Below are positions 35,972-45,638 of a stretch of DNA of 64,000 nucleotides, piece after piece. The notes beneath the pieces were generated by a model. It was not told the DNA's origin and ran no database searches. It saw only the letters and a list, made by a program, of their open reading frames with translations. Position 1 is the first letter of the stretch, and every line of letters starts with the position of its first letter. The stretch is from Naegleria gruberi (Eukaryota): the NCBI GenBank assembly GCA_000004985.1, contig GG738932.1; one strand, written 5' to 3'. Made by a program: the position numbers and the translations under genes.

Positions 35972-36190
35972 AATGGTAAAACTCTTCAATATGCTTCTGA
36001 TAGATTGAAGAAGGACAGGAATATTGCCTTGAAAGCTGTAAAATCCTCAATTGAGGCATTGGAGTATGTTGGAATTTCATTAAGAAATGCTGAATTTATT
36101 TGTTATTGTTTAGAGGAAAGAGCACTTTCTACCAAAACTCAAACTATTCGAATGGATGTTGACAAGTTGTGTGAACCTAGCGACTCTTTA
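35972..36190 (+). pseudogene. duplicated 3'-terminal fragment of the downstream DUF4116-like gene
   Basis: 35972..36130 aligns at high identity to 38245..38395 (AATGGTAAAACTCTTCAATATG-TTCTGATAGATTGAAGAA...GAATTTATTTGTTATTG). ORF 36005..36256 translates to a paralog of the parent C-terminus (..AVKSS.ASL.Y.G..FRN.EFICYCLE..). Confidence 0.5.
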
Positions 36191-36299
36191 TATTGTATAA
36201 TAGTGGCATTTGTTTTGAAAAGTAAAATTTACATTTATGGAAAGTCTTCAAAATAATTTAAATAGAAATTACTTGACATTCATTAATTTACTATAAAAA

Positions 36300-38450
36300 A
36301 TGATTAGTCAAGTTTCGGCTGTTACGTCTGTACCATTCGAACAGAAGAGTAAAATACCAACACCTAAATACAATTATGTTAATATCATTCTAGACGAAAC
36401 AATTCAATCAGATTTATTAATCAAAAAGTTAAAATACCAAACCACAGAATTACAGCTCTTTCTAATACATTATCCTATTCTCGATTGGTTTCCTCTACAA
36501 ATGATAGGAACAAACACCAAACCTGGCCTTGATCGTTCCCAATTCACAGCCATTATCAAACATAGAATTGAACAGAACCACCAACTTATATCCAACATTA
36601 TTGGTTTGTGTGATTGTGACGACAAGTACAATTCATTCACTTCCATCCTGAAAATGCCAGATTTTAATGTGGATTGTAATTTGGAAGAGTTTGAAGAGCA
36701 AGCTAGAAAGCAACGTGTTAAAATGTTCTTGGCAGGGTTGTTGGAAGATAGGGATATTGCTTGGATAGCACTTGGTAGTAATTTTAAGTTTAGGCATATT
36801 TCGGATAGATTTAAGGAAGATTATCAAGTTGTTTTACAAGCTGTAAAATATGATACTAAAGCTTTTGAATTGGTTTCTGATAGATTTAAAGATGATGAGA
36901 GAATAGTTTTCGAAGCTGTTAGAAACTGTGGCAGCAATCTCAAATTTGCATCTGAAAGATTGAAAGACAATAACCAGATTATTCTAAAAGCCATCAAGAA
37001 GAATACATCAGCAATTATGTATGCCTCAAAGAGATTCAAAGATTACTTTGGCGAATTACTTTCTGATAGTGAGCTACTCCAATTAGAAAGATTTGAAAAA
37101 GATTCGTCTGATTTATTCTTCAACGAAGGGTTTGACAATGAACTGCTCATGTTAGAATTTGTCAAGTTAAATACAAGGTCTCTCAGAAAGGCATCCGATC
37201 GATTGAGGGATAATCAAACAATTGTGTTGGAAGCTATCAGGAGAAATGCCATGTCGTTGTGTTATGCATCTGACAGATTGAGAGATACTGAGATGGTTGT
37301 GATGGAAGCAGTTACACAAGAACCTCAAATGATGAAGTATGCTTCCAATAGATTGAAAGATAATAAGCAGTTTGTGTTGAAGATCATGAAATCATTGGGA
37401 TACTCGTATGATCTTTCTTTGGTTCAGTATTTATCGAAACTATTGCAAGATGATGAGCAAATTATTATAGAAGAAATCAAGAGAGACCAATCACCACTCT
37501 TTTTTGCATCTGAAAGGTTGCAAGACAATGAAGAAATTGTAATGAAAGCAGTCAACCAAAATGGAATGTCACTTTATTGTGCTTCCGAGAGATTGAAGGA
37601 TAATGAAAAGATTGTTTTGGAAGCGGTTCGAAATACTAGTGAAGCCCTTACTTATGCATCCAATAGATTGAAAGATAGTGAACTAGTTCTGATGGCAGCC
37701 ATTTGTCATGGTCGTTTGTGCAAGGCTCTTTCGTATGCTTCTGAAAGATTGCAAGATAACGAATTGATTGTTTTGGAATCTGTCAAGAAGAATGGGTCTA
37801 TGCTTGGATATGCATCTGATCGATTGAAATATCATGAACAAATTGTTTTGGAAGCAATTAAACAGGAACGATCATCAATAGAAAATATCACTTCTGCAAG
37901 ATTGAAAGATACTGAAACGATTATATTGGAATTGGTTAAGGATTCTACCATGAAACATGTACATAATCTGGAAATTGATGAATATGAGTTTCATTCCTCA
38001 GGCAGTGAAGTACGTTCTGATTTATTTAATGAATATTGTTCTGAAAGATTGAAAAACGATTCACAATTCATGTTAAAAGTATTGGCAAGCAAGTGGAGAG
38101 GTGGAATCGCACATGGACTTTCAGATAACAAGCAATTTATGCTTGAGGCAATTAAGCTCAATTGTTGGGCAATTGATTCAGCTTCCGAACAATTAAGAGA
38201 CGATGAAGAGGTTGTAAAGGCAGCTATTTCTCAAAATGGTAAAACTCTTCAATATGTTTCTGATAGATTGAAGAATGACATAACTATAGTCTCAAGTGCA
38301 GTGAAATCCTCAGTTGCCTCCTTAAAGTACATTGGTGAAAAGTTCAGAAATGTTGAATTTATTTGTTATTGCTTGGAGAATCAATTGATTTCTTCCAAAC
38401 CTTCAAATGTTGTTAAGGAAATACCATTCTTTGGAAATTTACATTTCTAA
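36300..38450 (+). CDS. DUF4116-like tandem-repeat protein (716 aa)
   Basis: About 14 copies of a 34-37 aa repeat ASxRLKDNxxIVLEAVKxNGxxLxYAS (ASERLKDNNQIILKAIKKNTSAIMYAS; ASDRLRDNQTIVLEAIRRNAMSLCYAS; ASERLQDNEEIVMKAVNQNGMSLYCAS and others). I recall this pattern as Pfam DUF4116 but cannot verify it here. Confidence 0.6.
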   Translation: MISQVSAVTSVPFEQKSKIPTPKYNYVNIILDETIQSDLLIKKLKYQTTELQLFLIHYPILDWFPLQMIGTNTKPGLDRSQFTAIIKHRIEQNHQLISNIIGLCDCDDKYNSFTSILKMPDFNVDCNLEEFEEQARKQRVKMFLAGLLEDRDIAWIALGSNFKFRHISDRFKEDYQVVLQAVKYDTKAFELVSDRFKDDERIVFEAVRNCGSNLKFASERLKDNNQIILKAIKKNTSAIMYASKRFKDYFGELLSDSELLQLERFEKDSSDLFFNEGFDNELLMLEFVKLNTRSLRKASDRLRDNQTIVLEAIRRNAMSLCYASDRLRDTEMVVMEAVTQEPQMMKYASNRLKDNKQFVLKIMKSLGYSYDLSLVQYLSKLLQDDEQIIIEEIKRDQSPLFFASERLQDNEEIVMKAVNQNGMSLYCASERLKDNEKIVLEAVRNTSEALTYASNRLKDSELVLMAAICHGRLCKALSYASERLQDNELIVLESVKKNGSMLGYASDRLKYHEQIVLEAIKQERSSIENITSARLKDTETIILELVKDSTMKHVHNLEIDEYEFHSSGSEVRSDLFNEYCSERLKNDSQFMLKVLASKWRGGIAHGLSDNKQFMLEAIKLNCWAIDSASEQLRDDEEVVKAAISQNGKTLQYVSDRLKNDITIVSSAVKSSVASLKYIGEKFRNVEFICYCLENQLISSKPSNVVKEIPFFGNLHF

Positions 38451-38629
38451 TCATCCATTAGAAACACATCATCAACAAGAATATTAAGAAACAACAATTA
38501 ATTCCTTATTAAATTATTTGGAATTTCTATTTAAACTTCCCTTTATTCACATGTTATCCCGAATGCCCAAGCTCACATGTTGTTTCCTCCAAGAATGGCT
38601 GACACAATCTATTATGCATGTGAGATTGT

Positions 38630-38725
38630 TGAATATTTTTTTAATGGAAAGAGGAATTGCTGATTGTGTTGGAATACTATGACAAGTGGCGTGAATTGAT
38701 AGTGTTTCGAATAGATAAACTTTTG
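38630..38725. repeat. dispersed repeat R1, copy b
   Basis: tttttttAATGGAAAGAGGAATTGCTGATTGTGTTGGAATACTATGACAAGTGGCGTGAATTGATAGTGTTTCGAATAGATAAACTTTTGA. See copy a. Confidence 0.5.
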
Positions 38726-39359
38726 AATTGGAAACGGTTGAGCTTTTATCAAAGAAAAAGGAATATTTAAAGTGAAAGAAAGCCGGTTAGTTTTTGGGGG
38801 TCGGTTGCCTAGCGAAACTTTTTCATAAAAATCATCTCAATGTGAAGGGAGTGTCCTTATCCACCGCATTTATATTTCACAATTGTTGAATGAGCTCTAT
38901 CCTTTCAACAATTGTGAAATATTAGATCACTTTAACAGATCTTGACGAAACTTTGAATTTTTATTCGAAATATTGTTTAAATCTGAAGATGGCAAAATCC
39001 TTGTTGTTTATTTCTCAGAGTTTCTAACAAAATAAATATTGAGGGAAATGTGGTGCGTTGAGAATATGCAAGGAGAGCTTTCGAATATGGTAATTAAGAG
39101 ACCAAAACTTGCTCTTGTTATAATATTGCCAAATTAGAATTTTGGAAAGCATGTCAACACACACATGATATCAAGTAAACAATGCATTATCATATTCTAA
39201 ACCTTTCTAATAATCATTTTGCAACTAAACAAAGAGGAAGGTCTTTCTGAAAATGCAAATTGAAAGATAACAAGGAGACCACTAAAAACGGACTGTGTCC
39301 ACCCTCAAAACAACCTTGTGAGGTAGTTTCCAATAGAGGCACATGTGAAAAAGGTCTAA

Positions 39360-40112
39360 TTATGGCTTTTTTCGTTTCTTCTTGTTTGTTGATTGGATTT
39401 GAGATTCTTGGTGTGGACTCCAAGAACGAGTTGTTGTTGTTGGTGGCGTTTTCACACGTTGATTTGAATTGCTACTAGAAGTATCTGAAAGGTTTAGAAT
39501 AGTTTCGTATGAAGCCATATTCGCATGTTTTGGTTTTTTCATCACTCCAAAAATTGAATTATTTCCTGTATATTCCAATTGAAAATCTCTTGTATTGTTG
39601 ATTAGAGGAGAGCTTGGTTCATTTCGGCTCTTTCTCTTCTTGATGGTATTGTTATTAGAAAGAGGTGTTGAAGAATTATTCGAAAGTAAAGATGTCTTTT
39701 CACTATTTGAATGTATTATTTTCTTTGTGTTTTCCACATGATTGTAATCATGATTCAATAATATTGGCGGCAATTGAGAAGCATGTTTAGAGTTTAGTCT
39801 ATCAATATCTGAAAAGATAACAGACGAAAGTGAAGGAAGGATTGTTCTTGTTGGTGAGTTTCCAATACTTGCTCCATGAATGCTTGTTGGAAGAGTATGT
39901 CCACTCTGAACAGGATTAATTGTTGAAAAGGTTGAAGTACTATTGGAAATGTTATTAGAATCTTTTGGAGGTGATTCAATAATCTTGTAATGTTCCATGA
40001 GAGTTTTCTTCCTTCTGGTTTTCTTGATAGGTTTAATTGCTGGACTCTTCGCCAAATCTTCTGAGTCGGTGACTGAATGTTCTTGATTCTGTTGGAAACT
40101 GGACGAATTCAT
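39360..40112 (-). CDS. SMFGV-family protein, member H (C-terminal SISIRELLN motif not found)
   Basis: RDFQLEYTGNNSIFGVMKKPKHANMASYETILNL matches the core motif. The ORF ends ...KKKRKKP without the SIRELLN tail. No downstream exon encoding it was found. Confidence 0.4.
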   Translation of the reverse strand: MNSSSFQQNQEHSVTDSEDLAKSPAIKPIKKTRRKKTLMEHYKIIESPPKDSNNISNSTSTFSTINPVQSGHTLPTSIHGASIGNSPTRTILPSLSSVIFSDIDRLNSKHASQLPPILLNHDYNHVENTKKIIHSNSEKTSLLSNNSSTPLSNNNTIKKRKSRNEPSSPLINNTRDFQLEYTGNNSIFGVMKKPKHANMASYETILNLSDTSSSNSNQRVKTPPTTTTRSWSPHQESQIQSTNKKKRKKP

Positions 40113-41226
40113 TCACTTGTGTTTCGAATAGGTTTGAAGATGTTTTTTTCAAAGGTGCCAAGCACACAGTGTTGTGATTTCAATTTTTCATTCGACAAAA
40201 CAAAAACATGAAGGTGTGCAATTGGCCCCTTCTCTTTTAACATAACTGCGATTGATTAAAAAAGGTAATTGCAAATTTGGAGCAACACCATATTAGCTCG
40301 AGCTAGATGATTTTCATGACTTGCTCAAATTTGAGTACTAAGGCCCTCCTGTATGTAGTTATACCTTCTCCATTCAAGAAAGAGATGATGTTCAATATTT
40401 GGAAAGTTTTTGACATTTGGCAGTTGCTTTGTGGAAAGAGGAATAGGATTGTTAGGAATGCTATTCATGGTTGTTTTCATTATTTATCGGTTATATCTTC
40501 CACATTCAGTGTTTATTAACGTTGAATGAGAATGTTGATGTGGTTGTATCAGAATTGATATTCTAAACTGATTACCATCTGTAATATCAATAATTTTGCA
40601 ATAATTTACAAAAGGATGGGAAGAAGAGAATAGATAGTGAGCCACTTCAGCTACGCACCTCCTCAATTCTATTGTTTTTCTATTGATTGCTTTATTCAAT
40701 TGACCAAAAGGAAAAACAGATCACAAAAAAGGCCAATGAACCAATATCGAGATTTTGGCGCCAAAAATCAAAGTTCTTTGGAACCAAGAAAAAATATTGA
40801 GTTTGGGTGCGATGATAATGATCGTAATTATTAGAGGAGGAAATCAATGGTTACACAATCAAACAATCAAACCCTTGAGAAGTCATCAATTCTGCTAATG
40901 TATTAATTAATAATTCAATGAGTGGTTAATTATCAGCCTGAACCCCAAGCAGGATACATTAAAAATTGAACGAATTGCAAATATCACCCTTAATCATCAC
41001 CTTGCTTACTTTTTTTCCATTCTTCCTGGAAATATGAAACATTCAATAGTCGCAAAGCCCCAATCAGAGATGTTACACTTCATAATCATCAACATCACAC
41101 ATTACAGTATGTGAAACTAACCAATCAATGAGCCTAAAATCCAACATTTCAAAAAAAAAAGCAAAAAAGTCTCCGCTCATCACATCTCTCTCTTCATTGA
41201 TTTTTTTTAAATTATTGAAAATTCTA

Positions 41227-42642
41227 ATGATGAAGAACCTCGGACTAGTAAAGATCATTATGATCGTCATGATGATGTTGGTATTTGTGAGTACAGTTGA
41301 TGCTGCTGCTGCTTCAAATGTTCCATCACAAGTTCACTTGGCATTGACAAGAAATAGTAGAGAAATGATTGTTTCATTCCATACTGAAGGTTATGATAAG
41401 GATGTTTTGGGAAAGGCTCAAGTAATGTATAGTACGAATGAAAATTTCCAAGATTATCAAGTAGCTCATCTTGGAAGTGTCAGTACAACTTATGGAGAAT
41501 CTGCCAAGACTGGTTATGAACATCATGTCTTGTTGGTTGATTTGGAATACTCGACCAAGTATTATTACAAGTGTGGATTTACCAAATCTACCGATATTCA
41601 ATCTGAAGTTTATTATTTCCACACAAGAACTGATCCAAAACAATCTGAAAGTAAGCAAGTGTCAGTATTAATGTATGGAGATCAAGGAACAACCAACAGT
41701 GCATATGTCATTGCTAGAAGCAAGCATTTTGTTAATTCATTCTATGACAAATCTGATAGCAAACACAAGAACATGTTTGTTTATCATTTGGGAGATATTG
41801 GTTACGCTAACGACTTTGCAGGAGCTCAATATCAATTTATTTGGACCAAGTACATGAAAATGTTGTCTGATTTCATGCCATATGCTCCATATATGGTTTG
41901 TGTTGGTAATCATGAAAAGGGACCAAAGAATCATCCATATGATGAATTTGAAATTCCATTCAAAGCTTACAATTCTCGTTTTTACATGCCAGGTAGAAAT
42001 GAATCTGCAATTGGACATAATATGTGGCACGTTTTCGAATATGGTCCAATTACATTTGTTGCTGTTGATACTGAAACTAATTTCCCAGGAGCTCACTTTG
42101 GAAAGTATGATGATCATTTCCATGGAGAGCAATTAAAGTGGTTGGATGAAACATTATCACAAGTTGATAGAAAGAAGACCCCATGGTTGGTAGTTGTGGG
42201 CCATCGACCAATTTACAGCTCAACTAAAGAATTCTCAAATGAACATGGTGATCCAATTGGAGATTCCAAAGTTTTACAAGATGCTTTTGAGGAAGTTATG
42301 TACAAGTACAAGACTGATATTTTCATGGTTGGTCACGTTCATAGTTATGAAAGAACATATCCAGTTTATAAAACCAAAGTGGAAACCAAATCAAATTATC
42401 ATAATTTGAGATCACCTATTCATATTGTCAATGGTGGTGGAGGAAACATTGAAGGACAAACTAAGGCTGAATCATTCCATAATCATGATTGGAGTGCTGA
42501 CATTTTCTATAAGGATGAAGGATATGGTATTTTACATACCAATTATGATGAAAAGACCAAGGTTTACTCCCTAAAGTTCAATTATCATGAATCCAAGACT
42601 GGATCTGTAGTAGATACTATTACTATCTCCAAAGATCAATAA
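41227..42642 (+). CDS. purple acid phosphatase (metallophosphoesterase), secreted
   Basis: Signal peptide MMKNLGLVKIIMIVMMMLVFVSTVDA. The ORF track starts further upstream at 41128. PAP metal-ligand motifs GDQG, GDIGYANDF, VCVGNHE, VVGHRP and GHVHSYER are present. Confidence 0.8.
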   Translation: MMKNLGLVKIIMIVMMMLVFVSTVDAAAASNVPSQVHLALTRNSREMIVSFHTEGYDKDVLGKAQVMYSTNENFQDYQVAHLGSVSTTYGESAKTGYEHHVLLVDLEYSTKYYYKCGFTKSTDIQSEVYYFHTRTDPKQSESKQVSVLMYGDQGTTNSAYVIARSKHFVNSFYDKSDSKHKNMFVYHLGDIGYANDFAGAQYQFIWTKYMKMLSDFMPYAPYMVCVGNHEKGPKNHPYDEFEIPFKAYNSRFYMPGRNESAIGHNMWHVFEYGPITFVAVDTETNFPGAHFGKYDDHFHGEQLKWLDETLSQVDRKKTPWLVVVGHRPIYSSTKEFSNEHGDPIGDSKVLQDAFEEVMYKYKTDIFMVGHVHSYERTYPVYKTKVETKSNYHNLRSPIHIVNGGGGNIEGQTKAESFHNHDWSADIFYKDEGYGILHTNYDEKTKVYSLKFNYHESKTGSVVDTITISKDQ

Positions 42643-42743
42643 AATGTCAATTTAGTTACAGACAAGATATTGGAATTAAACTGTTTTGAATTCTGTATTC
42701 TCAATATTACTTCAAAGCTAAAAAATTTGAAGATAAAATTATC

Positions 42744-42816
42744 TGCTGACGGACGGGATCGAACCGGCGACCAATGGCTTATTAGACCAACGCTCTACCG
42801 ACTGAGCTACGCCAGC
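42744..42816 (-). tRNA. tRNA-Ile (anticodon AAU), copy 2, inverted relative to copy 1
   Basis: Exact reverse complement of 12967..13039. About 8 nt of 5' flank (ACATGAAG) and about 11 nt of 3' flank (CAGCAGATAATTTT) are also identical. Confidence 0.6.
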
Positions 42817-43032
42817 TTCATGTTTTAGTTATAATATATTCTTCATATATTTATCATTTAAATATAATCATATGGAATTTCAATATTGTGTTGATGATGA
42901 TTATTTATAAATTCGCTCACTTTTGATTTAACTGGTTATTGTACTTGTTACCAGTATGTGGCAATATGTTTGTATCTTGCTTGTGTGAAGTATTATTAAT
43001 AATTATTAATCAATTCACAAAAAAATCTTTTA

Positions 43033-45192
43033 ATGCCTAACCTTGAGACTCTGAAGGAGACAGCAAGATCGGAGCTTTGCGATATTCTTGATTCGGTTTG
43101 TTATCATCACATTTATTATAATAACACAAGCAATCGAACAATATTTGTTTATCAATCATCTCATCTTCAATTAAATAATATATTATTATTAATTAATTCA
43201 TCAACATTAACAACAAAATAATAGATAAACGGAGACAAGATTCTTGTCCTTGATGAACAATTAATTGGACCTCTTGGATTAGTTGCCCCTCTGGCACTTT
43301 TAAAAGAACTTGGAGTTAAAAAACTATTTAAATTGAATGATAGAACATTTGATACCAATTTTGCAAATATTGTCTATATTGTGAGACCAAAGATGCACTT
43401 GATGAAGTGGGTTGCTAATCAAGTATCCTACTGGGTCAAACAAAAAGAAGATTTAGATCGAATGATGTCGGAAAAGCTGAAGGAAAAGAAGAACACAAAA
43501 AACAAAAAGCAACAACCTGAAGAAACCAATGAAGAAACATATACACCACCAACCAATTTCCACCTCTATTTATTACCTAAAACATCATTAATTTGTGTTG
43601 ATATCTTGAAGGATTTGGGTGTTTATCCACATTTAAGAATTTCCGAATATCCTTTGGATTTAATTGTCTTTGATAATTATTTAATGTCTTTGGAACTTCC
43701 TTCATCATTCAAGGAATGCGAATTGGATGGTGATTTTTCATCACTGTATTATGTAGCACGATCTATTATGAAGTTACAATCCTATTTTGGTTTGATACCA
43801 AATGTTAAATTTATTGGATCGGGTGCAACACATGTCTCTGAAATGATCATGAGAATGAGAAAGGAAGTTGGTTCACAAGCTTTTGCTTCTGTTCCAGAAA
43901 TTAACACATTAATTTTGATTGATAGAAATGTAGATTTAATTACTCCAATGTTAAATCAATTTACTTATGAAGGAATGATTGATGAACTTTTGGGAGGTAT
44001 TACAAATACCTTGTTTACAACTCAACGTGTACCTGAAGCTGCTACTATTGCTAAAAAGATTGCCCTCAATTCTTCTGATAATGTTTTTAATCGTTTGAGA
44101 CATCTCAATCACAATAGAGCTGGTATTGCAATCAATGAAATGGCTATTGAATTTAAATCCAGAGAAGATAAGGCAAGAGAAATCAAAACATCAGATTCTA
44201 AAGTTTCCATTGAAAAGATCAAGGAAGTTACTAAAATGTTACCACAAATTCAAGAAGACAAAAAGTATTTGGAACTTCGTAAGTTTTAAATTTCATGCAA
44301 TTCGTTACTAACACACATCCAAGACACCAAAATGATGCTTGAAATTAGATCAATTATTGGAAAGGTTCCTTTCAGAAGATTAATTCAAACACAGAAGAAT
44401 GTTCTTGATGGTGAGGATGAAAAGGAAATTATCGAATATATTGAAGAAACAATTGACAAGCAATTACCACTTACCAACGTTCTGCGTGTCATTTGTCTCT
44501 ATTCACTAATTAATGGAGGTATTAAGAATAAGGTTTTTGAAAAATTGAGAAGAGAAATTATACAAAGTTATGGACTTCAAGCATTGCCAACTCTCAACAA
44601 TTTGGAAAAGATTGGCATGCTCAGAAAGCAAGACTCCAAGTCTGTCAGTAATTGGAATTTACTGAAAAAGACATTTAATCTTGTAGATGAAGCTGCAATG
44701 GAAAGAACCAACGAGGAAGATGGTCAATATGATCCTCACTTGGTTTACAATGTCTATTGTCCAATAACTGTTGCTCTTGTCGAACATGCCATGACTGAAG
44801 AAAAGGGATGGAGAAGAGTTGAACCTGTTTTGAGTAAGCTTGCTCCAGGCCTTTATGGAGAATTATCTCAAACAGGTTCCCAAGATACTCAACTCGGAAA
44901 GAAGGTTGTCTTGGTTTACTTTATTGGAGGTGTTACTTTTGCTGAAATCAGTGCCATTACCTACTTGAATGAAAGAAGTAACGATTGTGAATACATTATA
45001 GCAACAACCAAGCTCACTAATGGATCCACATTTTTGGAAAATCTTGTTGAGGAAATTCCTGAAGATAGACAATCATTCAAAAAGAAAGCAAGCAGCGATT
45101 CCTATGCCCTTTTCTACGAAGAGCCACCAAAGGAAGGTGCTGATGCTTCATCATCTTCTGGAACAGCCAAAAACGGTCAACAAGATGTGTAA
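43033..45192 (+). CDS. Sec1/Munc18-family protein, Vps33-like, 3 exons; apparent frameshift in exon 2
   Basis: Exon 1 is 43033..43095 (MPNLETLKETARSELCDILDS). Intron 1 is 43096..43223 (GTTTGT...AATAATAG). Exon 2 is 43224..44278. Intron 2 is 44279..44333 (GTAAGT, branch TACTAAC, ...CCAAG). Exon 3 is 44334..45192. Exon 2 matches Vps33 (GDKILVLDEQLIGPLGLVAPLALLKELGVKK / LFKLNDRTFDTNFANIVYIVRPKMHLMKW; LNQFTYEGMIDELLG). The two halves are in different frames across an A7 run at 43317..43323. Confidence 0.7.
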
Positions 45193-45638
45193 ATTATATT
45201 AAATAATACAACCACCACAATTAATTCCATACTATTAATACAATAATATTAGAATCCCAATATATTTATTAAGAATTTAAACTCACAATATTTGATGATG
45301 CCTAAAGTCATAAAAAGTGTAACAAATCATCTCCTCCATAAATGTTGTTTTTGTTTACCCTTTGTAACCGAATCTAACCTAATGTTTCATTGACAACTTA
45401 ATAGGAACGCAGTACTGAGCCATCTCTCTAGAATTTAAGGATATTGTCAAGAAGTGTCAAAAAGCATCACTACAAACGCTCAGTCTCTACTAGGATAATC
45501 GAACACCTGGCTCGTTGATCAATTTTATCTTGCCACTCATTCAGGCGTTTTTATTTCTCAAAACGAACAAATATGCAAAATGATGGGTATGGTTGGTTGT
45601 AGAGGAAACAACATCACCAAAAAACAAACATCAAGAAA

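Noticed and set aside
39214-39423. Downstream exon supplying a SISIRELLN tail to family member H
   Set aside because: I translated the frames downstream of 39360 on the minus strand. None encodes an [ST]IS[IL][RK]ELL-like tail. H is reported as motif-incomplete.
4589-42816. Large-scale palindromic arrangement suggested by inverted tRNA-Ile copies and the strand switch of the gene family
   Set aside because: The non-family genes between the copies show no mirror symmetry. No extended sequence similarity between the two halves was seen beyond the tRNA and its short flanks.
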